A DNA stretch of 35,504 nucleotides from Thermoplasmatota archaeon (lineage in GTDB: Archaea > Thermoplasmatota > E2 > DHVEG-1). A model generated the notes under the pieces. That model saw only the letters and a program-made list of their open reading frames with translations, ran no database searches and was not told the origin of the DNA. This document shows positions 1-9,209 of the stretch, one piece after another (within the stretch, counting starts at the first letter, position 1; every line of letters begins with the position of its first letter). The stretch covers positions 1 through 35,504 of the forward strand of contig JAUWIE010000063.1 in the NCBI GenBank assembly GCA_030605515.1. Direction: 5' to 3'. A program made the position numbers and the translations under genes.

Positions 1-1
1 A

Positions 2-841
2 TTCGCAGGACCAGCTGGCACTGGGAAAACAACTTCAGCTCTTGCGCTAGCAAGAGAAGTATTTGGAGATACATGGAAACAAAATTTTAATGAGTTAAAT
101 GCAAGCGATGAACGAGGAATTGGAATTATACGAGGAAAGATTAAAGATTTTGCACGGACTTCGCCAATAGGAAAAGCACAATTTAAAATAATTTTTTTAG
201 ATGAAGCTGATGCATTAACTACGGATGCTCAAGCAGCTCTAAGAAGAACAATAGAAAAATATACCCATATCTGTAGGTTCATCTTATCTGTAAACTACTC
301 CTCAAAAATAATTGAGCCTATTCAATCCCGTTGTACTGTTTTTAGATTCAGACCAATAAAAGAAGACGATGTAAAAAAGCATATTGAAAAGATCGCTAAA
401 AATGAAAAACTTGAGATTACATCAGATGGTATGAAGACATTAATATTTATTTCACGTGGGGATTTACGAAAGGCAATAAATATTTTACAAGTAGGTGCAT
501 CGGTTAGTAAAAAAATTACAGCTGAGGTTTTATATGAGACAAGTGCTACTGCAAAACCAGAGGATGTAAAAGCTTTAGTAAACACAGCTTTAAGTGGTAA
601 TTATATGGCTGCTCGAAATCAACTATATGATCTTTTAATAAAACATGGGCTGAGTGGAGAGGACATTATTAAACAAATACATCAGACAATTTTTGATCTT
701 ACAATTCCTGATGCAAGTAAGGTTTTGCTCATTGAAAAAACAGGTGAGATAGAGTTTAGGCTTGTTGAGGGTAGCAATGAACATATTCAGCTTGAATCAT
801 TACTTGCACAATTTGCTCTTGAAGGTGGCAAACTGAAGTAA
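2..841 (+). CDS. rfcS: Replication factor C small subunit (clamp loader ATPase), 5' end cut by window edge
   Basis: The frame is open from nt 2 and runs without a stop into tracked ORF 431..841. The translation shows FAGPAGTGKT (Walker A), IIFLDEADAL (Walker B) and PIQSRC (SRC motif). Confidence 0.93.
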   Translation, partial: FAGPAGTGKTTSALALAREVFGDTWKQNFNELNASDERGIGIIRGKIKDFARTSPIGKAQFKIIFLDEADALTTDAQAALRRTIEKYTHICRFILSVNYSSKIIEPIQSRCTVFRFRPIKEDDVKKHIEKIAKNEKLEITSDGMKTLIFISRGDLRKAINILQVGASVSKKITAEVLYETSATAKPEDVKALVNTALSGNYMAARNQLYDLLIKHGLSGEDIIKQIHQTIFDLTIPDASKVLLIEKTGEIEFRLVEGSNEHIQLESLLAQFALEGGKLK

Positions 842-2161
842 TTACTTTATAAAATCATCAACTATCTGCTTTAATTCTTCAGCAGTTTCTTCTGCTACAC
901 TATACCTTATTCGAACAACTGGTTTATCAGGTTTTAATACACGGCTAATATCAATTGGTGTACCACTTACAACTACATCACAATCAGTGTTGTTTATTGT
1001 TTGCTCTAATTCTTTTATTTGTTTTTTCCCATATCCCATCGCTGGTAGAATATTTGTCAGATGAGTAAATTTCTTAAAGGTATCAACAATTGAGCCAACT
1101 GCGTAAGTTCGAGGATCAACAATTTCCTTTGCGTTATGTCTTTTAGCAGCAACAGTACCTGCACCATATTTCATCCCACCATGAGTAACAGTTGGACCAT
1201 CTTCAATTACAAGAACTCGTTTACCAGTTATCATTTCCTCATTTTCAGCAATAATTGCGGATTTCCCCTCAATTACTCTTGCGTTTGGATTTAGTTCTTT
1301 TATGTTTTTATAAATTATGTCAATATCCGATCTTTCAGCTGTGTTAACCTTATTTATAATAATTACATCAGCGGATCTGAAATTAACCTCGCCTGGGTAA
1401 TATAGTACTTCATGACCTGCACGATGTGGATCAGCAATAGTTATTAAAAGATCAGGTTTAATAAAAGAGAAATCGTTATTTCCACCATCCCAAATAATAA
1501 CATCAGCATCTTTTTCTGCACTACGTAAAATTTTTTCATAGTCAACACCTGAAAAAATCACACCGCCCATGTCAATATAAGGTTCGTATTCCTCACGTTC
1601 CTCAATAGTACAATTATACCTGTCAAGATCATCATATGAGGCAAATCGTTGAAGAGTCTGCATCACTAGATCTTTATCATAAGGCATTGGATGTCTTATA
1701 GAGGCAACTCTAAATCCTTTTTTACGTAAGATTTCAAATAGTTTACGTGAAACCTGTGATTTTCCACAACCGGTCCTTACTGCACAAACAGCAATAACTG
1801 GTTTTGTTGATTTCAACATAGTACTATCAGGTCCCATTAATACAAAATCAGCACCAGCAGCATTTACTATTGCTGAGCGACCCATAACATAAGAATAAGG
1901 TAGATCACTATATGCAAAAACAACCATGTCAATGTTATGTTTCTTAATGAGATCAGATATATCTTCTTCAGAATATATTGGAATTCCATCGGGATAAAGA
2001 GGTCCTGATAACTCAGGGGGATATTTCCTACCATAAATATCTGGTATTTGTGTTGCTGTAAACGCAACAACTTCATATTTATCGTTATCTCTAAAATAAA
2101 CATTGAAATTATGGAAGTCTCTGCCAGCTGCTCCAATTATTATAACTTTTTTATCTGCCAA
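842..2161 (-). CDS. P-loop NTPase of the COG2403-like 'predicted GTPase' type, related to the cyclic 2,3-diphosphoglycerate synthetase family; function uncertain
   Basis: 439-aa ORF with a TTG start preceded by GGGGTG and a 5-nt spacer. It has a Rossmann-like N-terminus (KVIIIGAAGRD) and an internal P-loop (AVRTGCGKSQ). The family assignment is from memory of sequence character only. Confidence 0.6.
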   Translation of the reverse strand: MADKKVIIIGAAGRDFHNFNVYFRDNDKYEVVAFTATQIPDIYGRKYPPELSGPLYPDGIPIYSEEDISDLIKKHNIDMVVFAYSDLPYSYVMGRSAIVNAAGADFVLMGPDSTMLKSTKPVIAVCAVRTGCGKSQVSRKLFEILRKKGFRVASIRHPMPYDKDLVMQTLQRFASYDDLDRYNCTIEEREEYEPYIDMGGVIFSGVDYEKILRSAEKDADVIIWDGGNNDFSFIKPDLLITIADPHRAGHEVLYYPGEVNFRSADVIIINKVNTAERSDIDIIYKNIKELNPNARVIEGKSAIIAENEEMITGKRVLVIEDGPTVTHGGMKYGAGTVAAKRHNAKEIVDPRTYAVGSIVDTFKKFTHLTNILPAMGYGKKQIKELEQTINNTDCDVVVSGTPIDISRVLKPDKPVVRIRYSVAEETAEELKQIVDDFIK

Positions 2162-2228
2162 GGTTACACCCCATATTTGTCAACGGGTATCTGCTCTGAA
2201 TTAATAGATGTTTCCTACTAAAAAATAT

Positions 2229-3353
2229 TTATAATTGATCAAATTTTTTTGCAACCTCTTCTGCTACTTCAAGTGTTGTATTACTTCCGCCTAGATCATA
2301 TGTTTTAATTTTCCCTTCTTTTATTACACTTGCTATTGCTTGATTAAGTTTTGTTGCATGTTTTTTCTCCTCAAGCCAATCCAACATAAGTTTAACTGAT
2401 AGAAGAATAGCTGTTGGATTAACCTTATACTGCCCAGCATATTTAGGAGCGCTACCATGAGTCGGCTCAAACAATGCATAGTTATCCCCGATATTTCCAC
2501 TTGCAGCAAATCCAAGACCACCGACTATTTGAGCTGAAAGATCTGAGATGATATCACCAAACATATTAGATGCAACAAGAACATCATAATCCTGCGGGTT
2601 TTTCACAAGCCACATACACATAGCATCTACATTAGTCTCCCAGAATTCAATATTTGGATATTCCTTAGCTATCTTTCGAGCCTCCTGAACCATCATTCCA
2701 CTAGTCTCACGGATTACATTTGGTTTCTCAACAAGTGTGACACTCTTTCGGTTGTATTCCTTAGCATAAGTAAACGCCTGACGTATAATGTTTTGACATG
2801 CTTTCTTTGTAAATATACGACATGAAATTGCCATATCATCCAAAGATGTGTCTTTAAATTTCTTCATTTTATTATGAGTCATCAACGCATTAAATACTAC
2901 ATTTGATGGCGGTCTGAATTCAACACCAGCATACAAACCCTCAGTGTTCTCCCGGAAAACAACAAGATCTATATCATCACGATAGTTTAACGGATTACCA
3001 GCAAAAGCCTTACAGGGTCGTAGATTAGTATGAAGATTAAGCTCCTGTCTTAATCGAACAATTGGACTTGAATACACAAAACCTTTATTTTTTATTTCAG
3101 GTGATAACTCTTTTTGCGCTTCATCTTTAGGTTTTGATGTTATCGCTCCAAATAAACAACAATCTGTTTCTCTAAGTAGGTCAAGAGTTCGATCCGGTAA
3201 AGGATTACCTTCTTTTTTCCAAAACTCCCAACCAACATCACCAGGAATATACTCAGCATCAATGTTAATTGTATCAAGAACAATTTTTGCAGCTTCCATA
3301 ACATCGTTGCCTACACCATCACCGGGTAGCCATGCAATATGATATTTTGACAT
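2229..3353 (-). CDS. Isocitrate / homoisocitrate / 3-isopropylmalate dehydrogenase family (beta-decarboxylating dehydrogenase)
   Basis: 374 aa with family motifs LPGDGVGNDV, SPIVRLRQELNLHTNLRP, VVFRENTEGLY and NMFGDIISDLSAQIVGGLG. Substrate specificity cannot be decided by eye. Confidence 0.85.
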   Translation of the reverse strand: MSKYHIAWLPGDGVGNDVMEAAKIVLDTINIDAEYIPGDVGWEFWKKEGNPLPDRTLDLLRETDCCLFGAITSKPKDEAQKELSPEIKNKGFVYSSPIVRLRQELNLHTNLRPCKAFAGNPLNYRDDIDLVVFRENTEGLYAGVEFRPPSNVVFNALMTHNKMKKFKDTSLDDMAISCRIFTKKACQNIIRQAFTYAKEYNRKSVTLVEKPNVIRETSGMMVQEARKIAKEYPNIEFWETNVDAMCMWLVKNPQDYDVLVASNMFGDIISDLSAQIVGGLGFAASGNIGDNYALFEPTHGSAPKYAGQYKVNPTAILLSVKLMLDWLEEKKHATKLNQAIASVIKEGKIKTYDLGGSNTTLEVAEEVAKKFDQL

Positions 3354-3456
3354 AATGGGAGGTAATCCGAAAAGTATTTTAAAGCTTTTTTACAAAAAAA
3401 GTAGAATGAAAAAGTTAAATTTATTTCTCATTTGGTAAATTATCTTATCATTTATT

Positions 3457-3588
3457 CTATTTATCAAGTGTAATTGATACTAAACAATCTTTACAAATCT
3501 CCTCATCAATTTCACATTTTTGAATTATTTTATTACCGCATATTGAACAAAAAAACTTATCTTCTTCTTTAAACAAGTCATCTTTCAT
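3457..3588 (-). CDS. Possible 43-aa zinc-ribbon mini-protein (below the ORF-track size cutoff)
   Basis: Hand translation gives MKDDLFKEEDKFFCSICGNKIIQKCEIDEEICKDCLVSITLDK. It has two CxxC pairs (CSIC, CKDC), an ATG start and a TAG stop. No other support. Confidence 0.25.
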   Translation of the reverse strand: MKDDLFKEEDKFFCSICGNKIIQKCEIDEEICKDCLVSITLDK

Positions 3589-3676
3589 TGTATCTTATCA
3601 GTAAGTATAGAGTATATTACATCATATATTGCTTTATAAAACCTTTTTTTTAAAAAAGAAAAAAGGATGTGAATAA

Positions 3677-4156
3677 TCATTCGAATTTTGTGTATTCACA
3701 CCAAATATAAAATGTTGGTCCAATAATTCCCATTAATCTCCAGTAAAAAGCTGTTTCATTATGCATTGCCAGAGCTACAAATAATATTTCATTATCCAGA
3801 TTTGTACTGTTTATCTTCCCGATTATAAATGGACCTAACATTAATCCACTTATAAATCCAGTGGCATTTGTTTGGTTATTATCTGCGAATTCTCCTTCAA
3901 AACGTCCAATAGTCATACTTGAATAATATCCATTAACCCAACCAGCTGCTTCTAGTGGAATTCCAAGGATATTAATTCCCCATACACCACTAAAATTACC
4001 GTTTGCCCAATCGGGTATATCACTTTCAGAAGACGATCTATAAAGTGATGAGCTCTCAGGTTTTTGGTTTACTATTCTCTGAGGAAATGCATGTATTGTT
4101 ACTGACATACTGACCAATAACATACAGACTCCAATTACTATTACGAATTTTTTCAT
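3677..4156 (-). CDS. Hypothetical secreted or membrane-anchored protein
   Basis: 159 aa with an N-terminal signal-like segment (MKKFVIVIGVCMLLVSMSVTIHA). No recognisable domain. Confidence 0.55.
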   Translation of the reverse strand: MKKFVIVIGVCMLLVSMSVTIHAFPQRIVNQKPESSSLYRSSSESDIPDWANGNFSGVWGINILGIPLEAAGWVNGYYSSMTIGRFEGEFADNNQTNATGFISGLMLGPFIIGKINSTNLDNEILFVALAMHNETAFYWRLMGIIGPTFYIWCEYTKFE

Positions 4157-4254
4157 AATTTTTACCCCAATTATTGATAAATTATATATAATTAATACTT
4201 AATAAATTTATGCATTATTTATCAATAAATTCAGCTAATTTATAGAATATTATT

Positions 4255-5133
4255 TTATTTTCTAAGTTCACCAAGAGATGTAACACGCTCAGCAAAAGCA
4301 TTATGTTTATGAATTGACTCTTCACTTTCACTTCTAACAACAACGATAACATCATCAGGTAACTTACTATATTTTTTCAAAATAGCACTTAAGATATCTC
4401 TAACAACATCCTCTACAAACTTAGTATTTTTATGAGCATTAAGTACTAATTGAGCTTCTTCTTTTCTTTTTAGAATGCTAAATGTTGGACTACTAAATGA
4501 TCGTTCAACAATCTCAATTAAATCATTAGCATCAACTGATCTATCATCACCAGGTACTTCTATTATTAATGTTGTAATATTTCTCTGATTATGTGTTGGT
4601 GGAATTATTTTTTCAGTATAATTACCAATTTTTCTTACTGTTTCCATTGCACAAGGACATGCAGTCATTCCAATTGCCTTAACTCCAATAAGCTTTGTGA
4701 TTTCTCCATTATCTTTTGCTCGTGCTTCAGCTACAAGTTTATATGGTTCTAATCCTTTTTTACCAGAAGGGTAAGAACGATCTAGAAAATAATCAGCTTC
4801 TGCTTTAACTTCAGAAAATGTTGCATAATCATGTTTTCTAAGGAGTTCTTTTGCTGTTTTAGCACAAAAAGTTTCAAGATCCGGAAATGGCTTTTTTAGG
4901 TTGATGTCAATGATTTCAGATACTAATTCTAAATTTCTTGACATATGACTTCCTTTCTGAGCTGCAGGTAAATCAACAAAAAGATCCATTGTAACAACTA
5001 GTGGAATAGCAGTTTTCCTACTTGGTCTTTTAATATGTACAAGTTTTTTAACACCAGTAACACCTACTCGTGTTAATTTGAAATTTGATAGTGAAGGACC
5101 TGATTGGATATCAGGTAAATCTAAGGGTTTAAT
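4255..5133 (-). CDS. mptA: GTP cyclohydrolase MptA/FolE2 type (GTP cyclohydrolase IB/IV), probably starting at ATT
   Basis: The tracked ORF 4255..4989 contains VDLPAAQKGSHMSRN and GMTACPCA. The same frame stays open upstream to 5139 and encodes the family N-terminus (LPDIQS...LTRVGVTGVKKLV). That stretch has no ATG/GTG/TTG, but ATT at 5131-5133 lies 6 nt after GGTGA. Confidence 0.8.
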   Translation of the reverse strand: MKPLDLPDIQSGPSLSNFKLTRVGVTGVKKLVHIKRPSRKTAIPLVVTMDLFVDLPAAQKGSHMSRNLELVSEIIDINLKKPFPDLETFCAKTAKELLRKHDYATFSEVKAEADYFLDRSYPSGKKGLEPYKLVAEARAKDNGEITKLIGVKAIGMTACPCAMETVRKIGNYTEKIIPPTHNQRNITTLIIEVPGDDRSVDANDLIEIVERSFSSPTFSILKRKEEAQLVLNAHKNTKFVEDVVRDILSAILKKYSKLPDDVIVVVRSESEESIHKHNAFAERVTSLGELRK

Positions 5134-5217
5134 AAGACGTCACCAAACCCAAAAATAAGTAACTACTAAAAAATGTTCCTGTTCAACTCAGTTTTGCAAA
5201 AAGATATAATAAACCTC

Positions 5218-5225
5218 TTTATATT
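5218..5225 (+). promoter_or_regulatory. TATA-box-like element upstream of tRNA-Thr
   Basis: TTTATATT is centred about 22 nt upstream of the mature tRNA 5' end. This matches archaeal TATA spacing. Confidence 0.3.
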
Positions 5226-5242
5226 CGGTGAATTGAAAAAAT

Positions 5243-5314
5243 GCCGCTGTGGCTTAGAGGCATAGCGATTCCTTGGTAAGGAATAGGTCGGGGGTTCAAT
5301 TCCCCCCAGCGGCT
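5243..5314 (+). tRNA. tRNA-Thr (anticodon GGT); no encoded CCA, no intron
   Basis: Hand-folded cloverleaf: acceptor GCCGCTG/CAGCGGC, D arm GCTT-AGAGGCA-TAGC, anticodon arm ATTCC-TTGGTAA-GGAAT. Variable loop is AGGTC, T arm is GGGGG-TTCAATT-CCCCC, discriminator is T. Confidence 0.9.
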
Positions 5315-5519
5315 TTTAAATACATGTTATAGCTCCATGTGTGATCCTGATGCCTGATTTGGTAATACTTCCATAAAAAAAGATCCTTCTGAAGAAAGTA
5401 TCTGCAGGTAATTTTCAATAATATTTTACCGTTTCAAATATCTCTTCTTATGAAGTCAGGTGTAACACCAAAGAAAAAACTTGTAAAAAATGTTAAATTT
5501 TTTTATCTACAACTATATG

Positions 5520-5783
5520 TTAACGAAAATACTGTAAATATTTTAGAAGATTGCTATTCTCAACATATATATCTGTAAGCTCTGCAGCAGTGTTTTTATT
5601 AATTCCTTGATTGATAAGCTCTTTTTTAAAGATACGACCCCCTTTATTGGCTTTTCTTTTAAAGCCTAATAAAACTTTTCCAAACCTCAGCATCAATGAT
5701 GGAAAAGATGGAAAGATAATGCCAAATAATCTGATAGGGTTGACATTATCACTATTTTCTTCTGCACCTTTGTTCATTTTCAT
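5520..5783 (-). CDS. Hypothetical small basic protein
   Basis: 87-aa ORF, last in a co-directional run (6563 to 5520) with short gaps. No recognisable motif. Confidence 0.4.
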   Translation of the reverse strand: MKMNKGAEENSDNVNPIRLFGIIFPSFPSLMLRFGKVLLGFKRKANKGGRIFKKELINQGINKNTAAELTDIYVENSNLLKYLQYFR

Positions 5784-5805
5784 TTCTCACAAATAATTTT
5801 ATTGT

Positions 5806-6081
5806 TCAGTGATTTCCGTGATATCCAAATTTACCCATCATTTTACCAAGGTTTAAAGTTGATAGATACTGACTTGTAAGCTCAAATGCTTGTTCATCAG
5901 TCATACCAGCGTTTTTTAGTTCTTTATAAAATGTTGCTGCTGCTTCAGCATATTGTTTTGCACTTTTCGGACTGTACAATAGTTCACTTAGCTCTTTTAA
6001 TAGCCCTGGGACTTTTTCAGATATAACATCTAGTATCTCCCTGATTTTCTCAGGATCAGGCATTCTTTCATGGTTATTCAT
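5806..6081 (-). CDS. Hypothetical small helical protein
   Basis: 91-aa ORF lying 50 nt downstream of the wHTH gene on the same strand. No recognisable domain. Confidence 0.45.
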   Translation of the reverse strand: MNNHERMPDPEKIREILDVISEKVPGLLKELSELLYSPKSAKQYAEAAATFYKELKNAGMTDEQAFELTSQYLSTLNLGKMMGKFGYHGNH

Positions 6082-6131
6082 TTTTCATATTCCTCCAAAT
6101 TTAATTCTTAACTTATGTATATGTGATCATT

Positions 6132-6563
6132 TCATATATCAAAACCGAGCATTTGTGACCACTTTTTAATCACATTATCAGTTAGACTATAAACATATCG
6201 TGATCCTTTTTGATGTTTTTGAATAATATCTTTTTCAATAAGCTCATTTATTTTCTCTCTAATAATTCTTCTAGAAGCAGTTCCACGTTTATTTCTCACT
6301 AGTTCAGTTATCTGTGAAACATTCTGCTTATTTCTATCAAGTAATACACGTACGATCTCTCTTGAAATAGGATCTTTAACCTCTGGAAGTATAAGATCAG
6401 GTGTAAGACCACCATGATCAAGTAATAGGCCAGTTATTCTAAGGTACTTCTGCGTTGTTTTACTCACATTATTCAATGGTTTAATTAAAACCGATAGCAT
6501 TTTTTCAAGTTCATTGATCCGCTTGTTCAACTCTTTAATCTCATCTGTTAAATCTTTTTTCAC
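6132..6563 (-). CDS. Winged-helix (MarR/ArsR-like) DNA-binding protein with N-terminal coiled coil
   Basis: 143 aa. The N-terminus has a heptad-like stretch (DEIKELNKRINELEKML). The C-terminal part reads as HTH plus wing (NVSQITELVRNKRGTASRRIIREKINELIEKDIIQKHQKGSRYVYSLT). Confidence 0.6.
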   Translation of the reverse strand: MKKDLTDEIKELNKRINELEKMLSVLIKPLNNVSKTTQKYLRITGLLLDHGGLTPDLILPEVKDPISREIVRVLLDRNKQNVSQITELVRNKRGTASRRIIREKINELIEKDIIQKHQKGSRYVYSLTDNVIKKWSQMLGFDI

Positions 6564-6623
6564 ACAACTTTAGAATAAAATATTAGATAAAAGGATTTTT
6601 GATGAAAAAACAATATAAATTTT

Positions 6624-7745
6624 TTAGTCTTTTTTATATCTCTGATTTACATAAGATATTAGCTTACTTCCTTTAAGTTTGATACTTGAAGGTCCAGCTC
6701 TAACATAAAACTCTTCGACATCCTCATTTTTAAAAAATACTTCTTTTTTACATTTAACACAATCAATTTTTAAAATATTTACATTGTTTATTAGAATCAA
6801 CTTTGATTTAATATATGGTAAATATTCATTGCCAATATTGTTTTTAATTAAATTAGTGAAATGTCGATAAAACATATCTCTATTTTGAAATCCATCTTTT
6901 TCAATTCCTAAAATACCACCTTTATCTGAAACACCAACAAGAAGTGTTCCACCATCGGAATTGAGAAATGCAACAATTGTTTTTATTACTGCATGCTCTA
7001 CTTTTTTATCAGGTTGTTTCGTATGTAGATTAATCCTCAAGGTTGATTTAAATTCTAAGGTTTCACTTTCTCCATTTTTTATCAAATCAAGAATATGCTC
7101 TGGAGTGTTTTCATATCCCGTAAAAAGCTTCGGGTTTTTCCTTTTGAATGCTGCGATTAATCGATTGGGTAAATCTCTTTTTTCATGTTTAATGAATAGA
7201 TAACCTGCGGTAGATGCAATAAACGCTCCTATTATTGTAAAAAATAAACCCCAGCTGGTTGAGTTGATATTGAAATTACCTATTCTTAAATCAAAAAGAA
7301 TTGTTAGGAAGTATCTGAAAACCTCCCAAACAGCGCCTAGGGATACTGAAAAACAAAAAGAAAACAATGCGACTAGAGAATAACTTGTTCTTACTTTACT
7401 ATCTGAGTAAAGTATAAACATTAGAACAAAACCAATAAAACCAAGAAACATTCCTAGGAAGAATTGTAATATTAAACCTCCTAATAATTTTTCAAGGAAA
7501 ACTGAAAACAATAAGCCTATAAGAAATATTATTTTGAATTTAGCGGGAAATGAAATGGATAGAATTTTTTTTATTAGCTCTGGGAGAAATGTAACGAGTA
7601 ATACTAGAAAATTGATTAGGAAAATACCCCATCGCTCATAATAAATTTCGATACTTACAGATATTATTAAGAATATCCTTATTGCCCAGGATAAAGCAAG
7701 CTGATTCCGCTCTAAAGGGTTCTCAAATTTTTTGTTTTTTTTCAT
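6624..7745 (-). CDS. Polytopic membrane protein with a C-terminal AlbA_2 / Schlafen-type putative nucleic-acid-binding domain
   Basis: The N-terminal ~190 aa are strongly hydrophobic, with about 6 predicted TM segments. The C-terminus (LIKNGESETLEFKS...AVIKTIVAFLNSDGGTLLVGVSD.G.I.GI) matches the AlbA_2 signature as I recall it. I prefer the ATG at 7745 (GGTGAGG plus 6 nt) over the tracked TTG at 7760. Confidence 0.65.
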   Translation of the reverse strand: MKKNKKFENPLERNQLALSWAIRIFLIISVSIEIYYERWGIFLINFLVLLVTFLPELIKKILSISFPAKFKIIFLIGLLFSVFLEKLLGGLILQFFLGMFLGFIGFVLMFILYSDSKVRTSYSLVALFSFCFSVSLGAVWEVFRYFLTILFDLRIGNFNINSTSWGLFFTIIGAFIASTAGYLFIKHEKRDLPNRLIAAFKRKNPKLFTGYENTPEHILDLIKNGESETLEFKSTLRINLHTKQPDKKVEHAVIKTIVAFLNSDGGTLLVGVSDKGGILGIEKDGFQNRDMFYRHFTNLIKNNIGNEYLPYIKSKLILINNVNILKIDCVKCKKEVFFKNEDVEEFYVRAGPSSIKLKGSKLISYVNQRYKKD

Positions 7746-7934
7746 CGGGTTCCTCACCAAATATTAGCTGTAAATTTCATCTTTGTGATATATAATGTAA
7801 TCATTCAGCTTTTTAAACAATTACTTATTTGAACATATTATTAATTGATTTTTTTTACTATTCCAAACATTATTTATATCCTTGTTTTATTTTGACTTAT
7901 AAAAAAAATCACAATTCGAGGGAGGAATTACTAT

Positions 7935-9209
7935 ATGTCTGAAGATATTAGAAAAAAACTAGCAATAGAACATAAAAGATTAGATGAGATAAATGCTTTT
8001 TTATTGAATTCAGATAATAAACTAATAAATAATCTTTTATCATTGGTTGAAAAATATGGTGGACCAGAAGAGATAAACAGAAAGGCTAAGGAATCAGCTA
8101 AAATAGAAAATCTAATGGCAAGATTAAAAGATAAAAACTCTCCACATCTGAAAGATATTGAATGGCTGATTGAACAAAGAGATAAAGGAGCCTTCATAAC
8201 TATTGAGGAATACCGGAAAAAAGTCTTAGGTGATAAAGCAAATAATATGACGTTTAATGAGGATTTCGCGGTAACTTTAGAGATAAGTGCTTGTCAATAC
8301 TTCTCATTTTTTATGGAACAAGTCCGCCAAGCATTAGAAAAAAAGGAGCTTGTACCAGGTCGCTTTATCAGAGTACGTTGCATGAAAGAACAAGAAGAAG
8401 ATAATGATCTTCTAGCGATGACAGCTGCTATGCAAATAATTGGAGCAACTTGGTGTGAAACACTTGATACAAAAGGGACAGATGGTTCTAATGTTCATCT
8501 AGGCGGTCCTGAGACAATAACTGGTTATTTTGGTGGTGTAGGTCAACCAAATGATCATCCCATCAAATGGGTTGATGAATTTCTTTATTACTATACAAAT
8601 TATGGTGTAAAACAAGTTCTTAATATGAATCCTGGGACAATTCTCCTAAGTTATCTAATGCATAAACTTGGAATAGATATCGAGTTTAAAATCTCAGTTT
8701 ATATGGGAAATGATAACCCTTATTCAACCTTCTGGACACTCATGGCAGCAAGATTGTTTTCAAGGGCGGATGGCTCAACTTCATTGATAGGATTTAATTT
8801 TTCTAACTCAGTAAATAACACTACTATCGAATTCAGTGGTGAAATTAGAAAATCCCTTGGCTTAGATGATTATGTCCGTTTTGAGCATCATATTCTTGAA
8901 ACATGGAAAAGTATAGTTATACAACCTTATGATAGAAGAGAAGAGCTTATTAAAATCTCCTCAAAAGTTAAAAATATCAGTGCTAAACATGAAGGTGGAG
9001 AAATTGAAATAGAGAAGAAACGAGAGCATCCATCAGACATCCTTGAGTATTTTCTTCCAAAAGATGATATAAACAAAGCAGATCTTATGCCTGCTCTTAC
9101 AAGAAACTATTTAGATAAACATGATGCTATTAACAACACTGCCCGTGCTTTAACTGAGAATGGTTTATCGTTTATAGCTGCGCCTAACTTACATCATAGG
9201 AGGGGATAA
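7935..9209 (+). CDS. Conserved-looking hypothetical protein, 424 aa, unknown function
   Basis: Long ORF with GGAGG 9 nt upstream of the ATG. Its stop codon overlaps the proposed hom start. I recognise no motif. Confidence 0.7.
   Translation: MSEDIRKKLAIEHKRLDEINAFLLNSDNKLINNLLSLVEKYGGPEEINRKAKESAKIENLMARLKDKNSPHLKDIEWLIEQRDKGAFITIEEYRKKVLGDKANNMTFNEDFAVTLEISACQYFSFFMEQVRQALEKKELVPGRFIRVRCMKEQEEDNDLLAMTAAMQIIGATWCETLDTKGTDGSNVHLGGPETITGYFGGVGQPNDHPIKWVDEFLYYYTNYGVKQVLNMNPGTILLSYLMHKLGIDIEFKISVYMGNDNPYSTFWTLMAARLFSRADGSTSLIGFNFSNSVNNTTIEFSGEIRKSLGLDDYVRFEHHILETWKSIVIQPYDRREELIKISSKVKNISAKHEGGEIEIEKKREHPSDILEYFLPKDDINKADLMPALTRNYLDKHDAINNTARALTENGLSFIAAPNLHHRRG

Noticed and set aside
431-841. 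The tracked 136-aa ORF treated as an independent gene
   Set aside because: It is the C-terminal part of rfcS. The same frame is open back to nt 2 and carries the Walker A/B and SRC motifs.
3677-4156. Possible paralogy between the two small secreted proteins (3677..4156 and 30223..30915)
   Set aside because: They share only a vague G/F/I-rich character in their C-terminal halves. I could not build a convincing alignment by eye.
6582-6597. An exact 16-nt repeat, ATTAGATAAAAGGATT, also present at 13848..13863, both copies upstream of operon starts (the wHTH gene and hdrC). I considered it as a shared operator.
   Set aside because: With this AT-rich composition, a rough estimate gives a few chance 16-mer matches in a 35-kb window counting both strands. 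The two copies also have opposite orientation relative to their downstream genes and different spacing. It is not significant without genome-wide enrichment data.
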